This document shows positions 38,601 to 51,154 of a stretch of DNA of 64,000 nt, in pieces. The DNA comes from Massalongia carnosa. Its lineage: Eukaryota. The first letter of the stretch is position 1, and each line of letters begins with the position of its first letter. The stretch lies in the NCBI GenBank assembly GCA_965645245.1, contig OZ287084.1:1302001-1366000 (forward strand), given 5' to 3'. Both the position numbers and the translations under genes were made by a program. Below the pieces are notes generated by a model. The model was not told the origin of the DNA. It was given only the letters and a program-made list of their open reading frames with translations, and made no database searches.

Positions 38601-38895
38601 ATCGGTCTGGAGACTCGCAGAAGTAGACAATGAGTCTTTGGTGAAGACATTCGTATTGTTTGTTGCACACAGCCTTCACTCACATCTTATATTCTTCAAA
38701 ATATAGAAATAGACATTTGATGGCATTTACTTTTCGACTTTTTAACGCTCTACATCACACGCGTGGAAGCGGGGGTTGACTTCTCGTCCGAAACATAACC
38801 CGCTGACACGGCTCGGGGATTGATCGGGTGCCACGGGTTCCCCTTTCTTCGTCGGACGGGAACACGGGTACTCTAGATATGTAACGTCGGACTTA

Positions 38896-40233
38896 CAGTA
38901 CTAGGTCAAAAGTTTCCGACAGCTCCACCATCAACTTTTTACCCCCCCACTGCTTTGAATTATCAACTATCAAGTTGTTATTTTGATGTCTTGAAACTTC
39001 GTACGATGATTACATACATTATAGCAAGCACATTGGGCTGAGAAATATATTTGTAATATTTCGTATACCATCCTTTTGACTGGATGCAAGCTTCAATCCT
39101 CCTTTCCATGCTGTCTACTAAACTCTTCAGCATTTCCTCATCTATCAAGGCCCATGCTTCTTCCAAAGCTTTCCAAAGTACCTCGCGGACCCTATCATCA
39201 CCACCAGTCACCGAGTCGATGTCCGGATTGACCTGGTAGACGAGCTTTTTGAGCACGTACCAAACGTGCTCGATGGGATTCAAATCAGGAGAATAAGGGG
39301 GCTAATCGATGACTGTTATACCGTTTTCATCGAACCATTTCTTCACCTTTTTGGCAGTGTGAATGGGGGCATTATCCTGCATGAAAATGAGACCTGGTTC
39401 CCAAATTCCAAGCAGATTATCGTTCAATAAGTCCAAATATGAATTCGCGGAGTACCCCATCTTCTTTGCCTCGAAATCGCGGGCCAATTTGTAAAGATCC
39501 GACCTCCCCCCCCCCCAAAAAGCCCCCCATACCATGACCTTAACCTCTTATCCTTTGCCGTACGGTTGTATCATAGGTTTTTTCCATTTTTCGTCCGGAA
39601 ACCTGAACACCCATTGACGCTGTTTTCCCGACCCCTTTTCCACCGAGCACTCGTCTGACCATATTATTTGTGACCACTGCTCAAAATTCCACTCACGCCG
39701 AAGCAAGCACCAGTCTAGTCTCTTCTTTGCCACCTCGGGCGTCAATAAAGGTCGCTTTTTAATCAGCCAGTTTGTTAGACCATAGTCTTTGAGCGTCCGA
39801 TAGAGAGTGGATCGATTACATTGCACCTCAACCTCCGTACGCAGCTGCGCGTAGGTGATGCGTGGATTGATTCGCGCAAGTTTGATGATACGTCTTCGAT
39901 CGCGGTTCGAAAATATTCCAGGCCGACCCGATCGCGATTTGGACTTTTCGTTGTTGCGTTCTGGGTGCTTTTGAAGAGTGTAAATGAATGTGGTTCGAGG
40001 CACATTTAATGTCTTTGCAATTTCGGCCGGTGCATGCCCCAATGCCTGGGCTCCAATAATCATACCTCTTTGACATTGATTCAATTCGGTATTACGAGGC
40101 TTATTACCAGAAATTGAAGTCAATGGAGTGCGTGGCATGGTGAAATGATGAGGTCAAAGTTGATGGGTTGGTAGGTTAAAACGCGAAATCACGAAAATCG
40201 CGGGTAGAGTCGGAAACTTTTGACACGGGACTG
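38896..40233 (-). mobile_element. Tc1/mariner DD34E DNA transposon, transposase interrupted by stops
   Basis: TIRs CAGTACTAGGTCAAAAGTTTCCGAC (after TA) and CAGTCCCGTGTCAAAAGTTTCCGAC. IWSDE and QDNA...SPDLNPIE motifs. Stops at 39548 and 39302 (the latter at the conserved Trp). Confidence 0.93.
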
Positions 40234-40239
40234 ATAAAG

Positions 40240-40445
40240 TAATTATAACTATGTATATATATAATAGACATCTAAAATATTATCTAAACAAAAAAAAAAC
40301 AATAGCAACATTAGATCTATACAAAAAAAAATTTCTAAAAAAAAATTACAAATTATTGTAAATAAAGGTTTAAATATTATGTCTAAATGTTTTATTACAA
40401 AAACAAATACTTTTTAAAACACTTAATTTTGATAATAACTTGTGT
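40240..40445. repeat. Extremely AT-rich tract, likely RIP-eroded repeat remnant
   Basis: Almost no G/C and TpA-rich, directly next to a transposon end. Confidence 0.55.
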
Positions 40446-41292
40446 ACCCCCGTACCGAGAAATAGCTGCGCTTAAGCCTGCCGAGTTCGGGGCCTCCTGA
40501 GAAGACCATTCCAATGCGCGGGTGAGGAGATATGCTTCTAATACCTCAATGCACCCGCTAAAGCGCAGAATATTTGGACCGAAATTGTCGACGACGCCAT
40601 TTCTAGTGGAAAATGCACGAGTTGTCAGCTGCTCTAGTAATAAAGACTCTAGGGGCTTATCGGACTAGTACAAAAACCTCCGAGGTTCAACTTACATTCG
40701 GATAGTTAATTAAGTAGTCAAATACATTGGAGACTCCATATTAACCCGCTGCTGATTGATTAAGGTCCGGAGATATTGGTAAATTCTGTGCGAGGCGACT
40801 CGTTCTTTTCATATGCAAGCAAGGGAGCGTGATTGGCTTCACATTGCTGAGTTGGCTTGTTCTAAGCGCCTAAGACTTTGCACTTGGCAGCAGTCTTCAC
40901 GACAAAAGATGATCGGCTTGTTCCCGTGGACACAACGATGGCCCTTCACAAAAATACAGGCCCTCAAGGTAGGTGAGTTGCAACACTTTGGGGAGAAACG
41001 ATAGCGAATGTAGAGAAGGGATAGAAACTTATGGCCATGGTGAAGAGGGATAAGGCTTGACTGCCAATAGACAGAAAATCGACAGTAGAAATGGCTAAAT
41101 CGGAAAGCGGTTCGGCATTCATTCTCTTATGTGTTCTCATCAAAACCGCTTTTGTAACGCGTTTCATCGGTTGTTTACTCGGACATACAGTGCTTGAGCT
41201 TTGATGCATGCCACATATGATAAATAGACGATGTTGGGAGGGCCAAATATTCATTCCGAAGTTGACCGAGTGGTAAGCGATTCATTTTCGTC

Positions 41293-42048
41293 ATGCTATG
41301 TTCCTTCTTCCTCCTTCTCGCTGTCGCATGCTATGTTGCAATGGCCGAGGAGCCAGCACAGGAATCAACAGAAACAGAATCGGATCCTACATTGTTTGCG
41401 ACCGACCCAACAACATCATCTATGATGGAAACTACATCCACAAATGACAATTTAGACTGGTTCGCCCCCAGCGCAGCCACATTTACTCCAGTTTCCTTAG
41501 ACGCACCCGAGCTGCTTGCATCCACCCTGGAAATCCCATACGACAGTGTTGACGCTCAGTGTCCTACAAGTACAAAGGCAGGAGCAAGGATACGAAGAAG
41601 CCCGCAGCAATGTACTTATGATACCGAAACGGAAAATAGCAACACCAATAACAACAATAGCCCTAAGAGTAAAGACCAATACGACCCCGAAACCATCAAA
41701 CAAAACGACGATATCGTCAAGCAAGACCAGAAATGGGATTTCCGAAATCGCCGCTCAGGAGAGTTCAAATGGGACTCCAGCGAGTTCAGGAAGCAGTGCA
41801 CGGAGAGAGGCCCCCCCTGGTGGTGGATGCCCGTCTGTTGCCTAGGCCCCGAGGCGCCGACCAGCATGGCCTTCATGGGCGGCTCGCGCACAGTGCTCGG
41901 GGTGCTGAACTGCGAGATCTATTTCCTCGGGCGGCCGCGGTGCATGGCGTCTGTACGCAATTATTGCTGTCATGGTCTTTCGAAGGTGAGGGGGCCGTGG
42001 GGGTTTAAGGGCGAGGATTGCATTAAGATGTATGACGCACCTGACTGA
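41293..42048 (+). CDS. Secreted protein with acidic pro-region and hydrophobin-like 8-Cys core (251 aa)
   Basis: Signal peptide, T/S/D/E-rich region, RIRR site, C-x12-CC-x23-C-x9-C-x7-CC-x16-C. Confidence 0.8.
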   Translation: MLCSFFLLLAVACYVAMAEEPAQESTETESDPTLFATDPTTSSMMETTSTNDNLDWFAPSAATFTPVSLDAPELLASTLEIPYDSVDAQCPTSTKAGARIRRSPQQCTYDTETENSNTNNNNSPKSKDQYDPETIKQNDDIVKQDQKWDFRNRRSGEFKWDSSEFRKQCTERGPPWWWMPVCCLGPEAPTSMAFMGGSRTVLGVLNCEIYFLGRPRCMASVRNYCCHGLSKVRGPWGFKGEDCIKMYDAPD

Positions 42049-42490
42049 TAAGGGTGTGCTAGGGGAAGGTAGAGAGCGGAGTTGGTTTTGAAGTTGGGGG
42101 TCGTACTCAATCAGGCGAGCAACATGTACAGACTCAATGCGTCTACGACTCTTGCGTGAAGACTCTGGCACACCGGTTCCCAGTTTCAATAGGATATCCG
42201 AGGAACACCTTAGTCAGATAGCCCCATCACTCTCCTGCCACGTCTCATTTATGTCTTCTAGAAATCGGGGTAAACAGAGCGCCAATATGAACCCTTTCCA
42301 AGTCTACCTCCTCTCCATCTTTCCTTCCATCCATGTCGAGCCCTTCGTCTTTCCGAAAGGGAGATGGCACGCTTATATTGGATGCAGATTGTTCAAACTA
42401 TATGAATCAATGAACGATTAGGATGTCTTTATGAGAAACGTTCGAGCGGAGAAACTATTGTTCCGGTTCCAGTCCGAGGTGACGTCATTA

Positions 42491-44679
42491 CGGGATTTTC
42501 CGGTGAAACGCCGAACCCGGTGAGAACGCCGAAATTTCTAAATTTCGGCACTTTGCTATTTTTTGCTACCATGCGACAACCACCACGATTGATACACTGA
42601 AGCTTTGGTAAATTGTACATAGAAGGTGTCCAATTTGATGTATAGAAGAAAAATTCTATTCGCCAAAATGATTTGGCTTTCGCACCTCTCTCCCCCTAGA
42701 TGTACGAGAAATTATCATTTCCACTCCACCAACCACCTCGACATCATCACTTTGCTCCTGGGACTGCTTTCGACACTTTGGCACCTGCTTTGGCCCTGTA
42801 GATGTCGATTTCAACCTCAGCGATAATTCAGAAGGCTTAGTACTTGCGTTTTTCAATTCTTTTTGGGCCTGCTTTTCGACCGCTTTAGACTGCCTCGCCT
42901 CCTCGATCAATCGTTTTTTTTCTATAGCAACTAGGGCCCGTTCTTGCTTTTCTTTTTCCTTCAGCGACTTGTTAAAAACTAATTGTGCCCGTTTTTCAGC
43001 GAGATCCTGTTGCCGTCGTGTCTTTTCGTCATCTTTTGAAGCCTGATAGGCTCTGGCCGCTGCCACCCTACCCGGACTGAAAAATTGAGGCCCAGAATCT
43101 TCTTCACCTAGCAAATTCAGGCGTTTACCACGTTTTCGTCGTTTCTTTTCCTCTTTAAGTGCCTCACATAGGCCCCTAATTACGTGTTGATCAATAGAAC
43201 GATTAGCTGCGAGACGCTCATTTGCAGCAAATATCTTGGACAACAAAACTCTATTTGGCTCTTTTACGTAGGCTTTTTGTATGCGACGAACCGCCCGTCC
43301 CGTCATAGGTGTCTTGGGTGCTTGTGTGACGTTAGGTATCTCCTCTGGTGAAGGCGATTTGGTGATTTTATCTAGTAGGATGTTTGGATTGTACAGCCAT
43401 ATGCCTGTCTTCTCAAACCCAGAGTTTATGTTCTTTTCATTGAAGGCCTTCTGCCAGGCAGGCCAAAAAACACCCCAGAAGACTCTTTTTGATATGTTCA
43501 CTGTGCCCAATGAGTTAAACATCATATCATTGAGGCCATTCGTATAATACCGGGCCAGGGGGGCAAACAATGAAACATCTAGGGGTTGCAACCGGTGCGT
43601 AGTATGCGATGGTAGAATCATCAATAGAATTCGTAGTTCATCGCATTTATTGATGAATTTCATATTGACGTGGCTAGAATGACCATCCACCACCAGCAAC
43701 CGCCTTCTATGCCCCATTTGCTTCGTACATCGTTCAAAAACACGCTCAAGCCAGTTCAGACCAAGCAGGTCACAACTCCATCCATTGGAGGAGACCGCGA
43801 AGAAAGCTTGCTGATCTACACTCCAATCTTCTAACCATGTATCCTGAAGTGTCTTTGAATCGCCTCTATAGATCAGCGCGGGTGGTAAAGCGGTACCGTT
43901 TGCGCATATGCAAGCCAGTAGACTGATGAATTCACGACTTCCATCTTGACTCGCATGGGTTATGCGCCCCGATTCTAGAGCTTCAAGAGTCATTATTCGC
44001 TTTACGGCAGAGGCCATGCCAATTAAAAAGCCCTTTTCGTCCCAATTATAGACGTTATCTGCTGTGATGTTATATTTTTCGATGCCCGCGATCAACTAGA
44101 AGAAATGTTGACTATTAGGCACAAATGCGACGCAATTAGGGGCAGTTATATTGTCAAAACTACGGACCTGATCATAGAATTGTTTGAATGTGGGTGCATA
44201 CTCAGACTTTATGCGTAGACTGTCCATGTTGCGTAAATATAGACTTTTAAGTCTATCTTGATTTCGCTTAGTGAATTCTCCCGCCCAGTTCCTACCTACT
44301 GACGACTGGATCATTTCTTCTGCCAAATTGCGCACAATTGTAGGGGTAGGAGGTATTCCTCTGTCGGTTAATCGATTGATTTGTGAGATTAGAGCCTCTT
44401 CTTGGACCGTTGTGAGGCGTTGCTTATGTGTGGATGAAGCCTCCCGTCGGGAGACCGATTGGCCTTTCCATCGCCGCCGAAGAGTACTTTCGACTAGGCC
44501 AAATTTCTTAGCAGTTGCAAGTATATTTGGTCGCTCTTGCGATTCTAAATTAGCAATTGCTTGGTCAATTGGCGCGGTGGTAGTAGTGTTATTCATGGTT
44601 GAAGAGGGTAAGGTGGTGCGGAGTAATTTTCTAAAATTCGGCGTTGTCACCGGGTTCGGCGTTTCACCGGGAAATCCCG
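42491..44679 (-). mobile_element. pogo/Fot1-type DNA transposon, apparently intact
   Basis: 43-bp TIRs CGGGATTT(T/C)CCGGTGAAACGCCGAACCCGGTGA(G/C)AACGCCGAA with 2 mismatches, flanked by TA on both sides. Confidence 0.95.
42656..44596 (-). CDS. pogo/Fot1 DDE_1 transposase with CENP-B-type HTH; intron 44096-44167
   Basis: YNWDEKGF, VDGHSSH and HRLQPLDV motifs. A 72-nt GT-AG intron removes the only stop and joins FYDQ|LIAG. Confidence 0.92.
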
Positions 44680-44732
44680 TATATCAACAATCGGACGTAG
44701 AGTAGGCTGATTCTCCAAGGGAATTATCTATC

Positions 44733-46086
44733 ATGTCAACAAGATCATGGATGCCAATCTCTTTGCGCTCTCATTTCTCTCTTTCTAACATCCCTTTCGG
44801 CATCATCTCGACTCCACATTCCAAGACTTCCCACCTTGCTGTTGCAATTGGAGACCACGCTCTCGATTTAGCCGTATTCTCCACCAATAATGGCTTTGCA
44901 GAATTACCCTCCATACTCCCACATCTCTCGGTATTCCTACAAACAACATTGAACAAGTTTGCCGCACTGGGTCAACCTCTCCATCGAGAGGTTCGCAGAT
45001 ACCTCCAGACTATCTTTAGCAATAATTCGGGTCTTTCGAGAATCCTACAGGAGAACGAAAATCTCCAGGAGAGATGCATTTTCCCGCTAAAGGATGTTAC
45101 CACGCACCTTCCTTTTCAGATTGGCGACTACACGGATTTTTACGCGGGCCGGAACCATGCCTACAACGTCGGGGTACTTTTTCGGGGCCCGGACAATGCC
45201 TTGCAACCAAATTATACCCATCTTCCCGTAGGGTATCATGGACGAGCTTCATCGGTTGTCGTGTCAGGAACACCGATTCGAAGGCCATGGGGCCAAATAT
45301 TAGATCCAAGCCTCCACCAAAAGACACCAATTTTTGTGCCAAGCCAGCGACTTGACTTCGAGCTCGAATTAGGAGCCTTTGTGTGTCGTGCAAACAACAT
45401 GGGCGAACCCGTTAAGATTGAAGAGGCGAAGGAAAGTCTGTTCGGGGTGGTTTTGATGAACGATTGGTCAGCCAGAGATATACAAGCTTGGGAGTATGTT
45501 CCGCTTGGGCCGTTCAATGGAAAGAACTTTGGGACGACCATAAGTCCGTGGGTTGTGCTGGCAGATGCACTCGAGCCCTTTAAGTGCGAGAAGCCTGAAA
45601 ATGTGACCAAGCTTTTACCGTATCTGCAGGAGGACAAAGATAAATCGGTGTATAATATTAAACTGGAAGTTGACCTGACCAGTGAGTTCGTTTCTTGATT
45701 TAATGGAATGCATCCAGTTAATGTTTGGGATAGCCAAAGCAGGTCATACCACAACCATCACTCAGACAAATGCGCAGAACCTCATGTACTCATTCCCACA
45801 AATGTTGACACATCATTCGATTTCTGGATGCCCCATGCGAGTAGGGGATCTTCTTGGATCTGGGACCATAAGTGGAATTGATCTAGGCACACAGGGAAGT
45901 TTGCTCGAGCAATCCTTAAATGGAACTTTGAAAATTAAGCTAAATCAGGATGAGAAGCGAACATTCCTTGAAGATGACGACACTATCACTATCAAAGGTT
46001 GGGCTAGCAACATAGACGGCGAACTTGTAGGATTTGGTGATTGTGTTGGGCGAGTTGAACCCGCAGTTGATATGATCCGGAATTAA
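44733..46086 (+). CDS. fahA: Fumarylacetoacetase; intron 45682-45733
   Basis: FSLSNIPFG, IGDYTDFY, HAYNVG, LPVGYHGRASSVVVSG, LDFELE, NDWSARDIQAWEYVPLGPF and GDLLGSGTISG motifs. Confidence 0.96.
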
Positions 46087-48536
46087 TCGTCCTGATGTCT
46101 GTCATGGAGCCTCCGTTTCAGAGTGATGCGGATGAACAAAGTCGTCTCAATTAACCAAAATCTAACAGGGAGCTGACCAGCCGGATGCTTTGCGATGAAT
46201 CCAGATTCATATCGTGTTCTGCGACCTATATATAACTCTAGGAGTATTCACCGCTCACATATGGAGTTCGAAAGTTACAGCACAGAAAAAAGCCTTTATC
46301 AGAAGCTTTTAAAGTATTATAGAACGTTTTCTACAGTAGGCGATCTATTTGAGGCATGAGTTTCGAGCAGACTGGATACTTTCAAGCTCTTATCTTCGCA
46401 ATGCTGTATATGTTCCCCTTCTAGGGATTTGCGTATATTGTTGTTGCGGGTATGGCTGACCTATCGGTATTTAGCAAAAGAAAAAATGAGGCCTATTTTA
46501 GCTTAATGCATAGACGGTATTTTCTGCCCGAAGCGGCTTATAGCTCTCAAGACTCATAGTAACCAAACAATCTGAGCCCGAAAAAGAATTAAATTACGGT
46601 TTGCACATCCTCTGTACAGCTTTAATGACATACCAACACATGGTCGTTGCTCCCTGAGACGAGGTACTATAATTCAAAGCGTTATACACCAATAGCCTAA
46701 GAAACCATGAGATCAAGCTGGTTCATTGGAAATGACGATGGACCACCTCTCCAATGTCGTATTTCGTATTGTGCCAACCTTAGCTCTAACAGTCTCATGC
46801 TGAACTATGCAATTCTACAAGCTGTGTTATTTGCCATCTTTTCATATTATGCTGGTTCAATCGTGACCACATGGCCGCCTCTCTCCCAAACTATCGGTTC
46901 ATTCTAGTTCATCAATTATCGCTCCAAACACCGACTCCAGTTTGCTAAAAGCTCGGTTCAGGTTGACCAGCTACAAGGCTCGTCTCTTACGATCAGGTTC
47001 AATCTGATCCAAACCCCCTGTTCGCGTGTAGCCTGGCATAGATCCAGCGTTCGCAACAGCTCACTGGTTACTCTCCTCTGTCCGGATAGCTTCCTAACGT
47101 CCCCACTAGCTTCGAGCTTGTGTAGACGCTCACGTCTTCGGAAATGACCTAGTACCTGAACTAGTAGCTAAAATTGTGGTACTGCTGTTTGCATACGTCA
47201 GCTGCGTGATCTCGGCACAGAATATCTTTATTCTGCAAGTCTATATAATGACGTTCGCCGGCATTATCAAGGCGGGATTAACTGTTTCCAAGCTTTTTGA
47301 TTTGAAGGTCACGGGCCAGCTTCAATTTTGGGCGGTTCCACCTGGCTTTCAAGGCGTGAGGAACCTGTTGATTGTTCTTGTGTTTTCGCCAACGTTGCGG
47401 GAAATAAAAAACTTGCCGATAGGACGATGTGAGGTCTACTGTGTCTTGAACAATGACGTTAATGTTGAACGAACTCGACGCTTTTGAGATAATAAGCATA
47501 GGGAAGAAGAAAGGTCAAGCCGTAGCGTTGGTTGTTTGAACCGATGTTGCTCTATACGGAAACCCTTCATCCTTCCCCAGCTAAATCCTCGAATCTCATT
47601 TCACTTCCAAAAAAAAAAAACTCTATGTATTAATTACCACTCTCTTCTCAACACCATGTTTTCCCATTCACTCTCTCCTCGGACCAACCTAATCCCAACA
47701 AGCCCACTTTCTCCACACAAAAAAACCCTAGATACTTCCTCTACAAAGTATCCTTAAACCAAACCAGACAACATCATTATCCGTGCTAAAGACACCACAT
47801 TTCCGAATCCCTCCATCAATCCGCCCCCACTATCCTATCTATCTACCCCCCTTCCCCCCCCCCCTCTCCCCTCTCTGACGACGACAAGAGCGACCTCGAG
47901 AGACAACCTCTTTCGTTTTCGTTTTCGTCTGGTGTAGGGAGGGGGGAATGGCGAGATAGATTAGTAGCGCTGGTTGATGGAATGGGGGGAAAGCGAAGGG
48001 GGGGGGGGGTGGGACCATTCCGTTATGTATCTATCTATCATTTCTTTTGTTTCGTTTTGTTTTTGTTCATTATTTTATTCATTTCATATTTTTCAGGCTC
48101 CGGAAAATCCCATATCTTTCCGTTTCGGTTTGAAACCGAAGAGACCCCCCAAAAAAAGGAAATGGTTCTGACGCTAGGTGAATTGGATGTATACAAACAT
48201 GTCAAGAGCAGTGGATATGATATATGGGAAAATGATAAGGGTTGGATGAGAAAGAGAGGATGGATGAATAAATGAACGTATTGTAAATCTCAACTCTATC
48301 ACTAGTATACATGGTATGAAGAAACATCTCGCGCTAACGACAGGCATGGAAATACTCCTCGCGTAGCCGCGTGGGTGGATGGATGGTATGCAATAACAGC
48401 ATAGTTGATGGAATTAGATTTAGATTATACTTAGCTACCCCGTATTACGGGATACTTGGACTAAAAAAACAACTCGAAGGGGGGCGAGCTGAACCCCGAA
48501 TAGGAAAGAATAGATTTCCCCAGAAACGAGCGAGGC

Positions 48537-51154
48537 TCACTGGTCCATTGTCTCGTTGTGGCGGGACCAAGACCGTGATTTCCACCATTTATCGAACCAA
48601 GCTGCGAACCCTGTTTTGTATCTCTGCCGCGCCCCAAGGTCTCGTTAGCTCTTGTTGGGATCGGTTGAGAGAATGAAATGGTTTTTGGGGAAAGGAGCCT
48701 TGGAAGGCTGAAAAGAAGGTAGAATACGAACCTTGTAAGTCACCCATCGGGTTCCATCTGCCAGTTCTAGCCGCCAGAGACGTTAGTCCAATCCGCTTCT
48801 GAAGCAAAGGGCAGAAACACAAACCTTCCTCCTCGTTCTCGATTTGATACCCCAGCGCGGGCGAGATCTTCGCAAACCCAACCCAATATATGCACCCCAC
48901 AACAATCAGCCCGGTCGAAACGCCTGGCGTGACCAAGGAATTGATGGCGCCTTGCTTGTCGGGCGGGTACCAGATCATAGCGATGATGAATATGTTGAAT
49001 AGGACGTAAAAGACTACAAGGACGTTGACGATGTTTCGGCTCTTGAGCACTGCGGGTCTCCATTCGGCCCATCGGCTGTGGAAGTGCAAGGTTGCGAGGC
49101 CGATGGCGACAAAGGCTTCATTGATTATGTGAGCTGCTGAACGTCGCAGCCGGATATTATGGACAAAGTAAGCTTACCGGCAATCCATGCTTGCCCGTAG
49201 GAGCGGAAGTTGACAACGAGGTTGTATGCGGAGCCTTTACAAACCTGTTAATAATGACGGATGTAGCGAGGTTTGAAATAAGCGTACCGTCTCCAGAATT
49301 CCGATTTGGCGCTATATACAGCTTTAGCACGATTTTCGTGATATTTAGGCGGTGCCCGGTTTCACTTACTTGCGAGAATGAGAACAACGGCGAAGAACCA
49401 GTGGAACGTTAATGCTCCGACTGGAGTTCCATAAGGGCTATTACGAGCCCAGTAGGAGGAGAACGGTAAGATCTTCTGTCTGGCTACTTCTTGCTCAACT
49501 GCACTCTTATGAGCCGTGATTAGTCCACAGGGGCGAAAGAATCACCTCTTGAATGGGCATAAGTAGTGGCGATCAGGTTTCCAAACGCTGAGGCCGCCAC
49601 GAAGACTGGGAGCCCTCTCAATGTAAATGAGCCGTCGCCGAAAACCTATTACATTCAGATGAGCCAATACATTCCTGATCATGCTTCTGGTAACCATACC
49701 TTTGAAAAGAACTGTTTAGCCACTTGAACACCGGCATCTTCGATTTCTTCGACGGTTGAAGCAGCAAACTGATATTGTGAGCAGGCCTGTGCACTCGTCA
49801 TCCACAGAGAGTCCTACATATGCAATGTTTGCCAGCAGATAAAGCAAACTGACTAGCCCAAAGGCAAAGAAAACGCCTCTTTTAAAGGTTTTGGTAGGAT
49901 TCCCTTTGGGCATTTTCACTTCCGACAACACCTAGATCCCTTCAGCGTTTCTTTCTCAAATGTATCCCAGCGTGGGTCTAACATAATTTGCATTTTCCCT
50001 AGATGTTGTTAGCGAACCATCAACCGAAGATGGGTAGATTCATACCATCCGCGAAAAGCATATAGGATAGATAATAAAGCTTTCGCGTAACCGTAGGGGG
50101 TTGTCTTGGTCTGTTGACGAAAGGAGCCGCTGAAATTCTCCTTACCATAGTGGTCTCCTTGCTTCGTCCCACCCACTCTTGCACCTCCAAGCACCGCAAG
50201 ACCAGTAATGCAAACGAAAATTAGGAAAATTACTTTATACAATGCAAAAGCTAGACCCAGTCAGTCCCTCGTCAACGAAAAGATATAAGGATGGATGCAG
50301 ACCATTGTTTGTTGCAATTCCCACTTTGCGACTAAATATATGTAATGTACAAATGAAGGTAATGCACACCAGAGCAACAAATTTCAAGAGTCTATCATCA
50401 AGTTTCTTTGCGTTGGGGTCAAACGCGGTGACGATGTATTCAGCAAAAACAAGGCAGTTGGGCGCGGTGTTTCCAACAATGATAAAAAGACAGGCAAAGA
50501 TGCAACCTGCCAGGTATTTTGGTCGGGTATACGATTCTTGCAGCTAAAACGTCGATAAGCGTGGACAGGAAGTTACTTTCAACTCTATTACCTACATATA
50601 TGAACTCGCCGCCATTGTACGGAAGCAGGATCCCAAGCTCGAGGTATAATAGGAGGCTAAACAGCTTATCAGAAATACATCATATGGGTGATCTGTCAAC
50701 GGTCCGAGCCTCACCCAGCTAGTGTTGTAATGGAGCCAAGGATCCAAAGGAATAATGCTGCTCCTTTACTACCGCCGGTGCCCGTAAGTACAGATCCAGG
50801 CGTTGAGAAAATCCCCGTGCCTAACCAACACATTAGCTTTTGCCGCTATTCAAATCCACACCACGCACCAATCATCTTGTTGATGATCAAGGCGGCAACT
50901 GAAAGATAGCCGAGTCGACGATTCTCCGGCATTGGGGCGAGTTTATCGAGGGTCTTCTCTTGTTGCGGCAAAGCTCCTCCCCCGACGGGCATGCTGGTGA
51001 AACTGTCGACACCATCGCCAGTACCGCTTCCTTGCACATCGATTGTCGGAGTACCCTTCTCTCGCCGAAATATTGCAGGAAATGCCTGATCAGGTGCTGC
51101 TGTGACCGAAGTGATGTTCGAAGTCGACGTGCTTGGGTGGTTGCGCAGCGCCAT
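48537..51154 (-). CDS. APC-superfamily amino-acid permease (MUP1/LAT-like), multi-intron
   Basis: LIINKMIG|TGIFSTPG, YLELGILLPYNGGEFIY, LYAFRGW and LANIAY motifs with multiple TM segments. Last exon RYKTGFAAWFDKWW...DQ* ends at 48537. Confidence 0.9.

Noticed and set aside
37900..38700. Protein-like minus-strand fragments (similar ones at 30600-32300 and 46900-47500)
   Set aside because: May be gene relics, but no recognisable motif supports a call.
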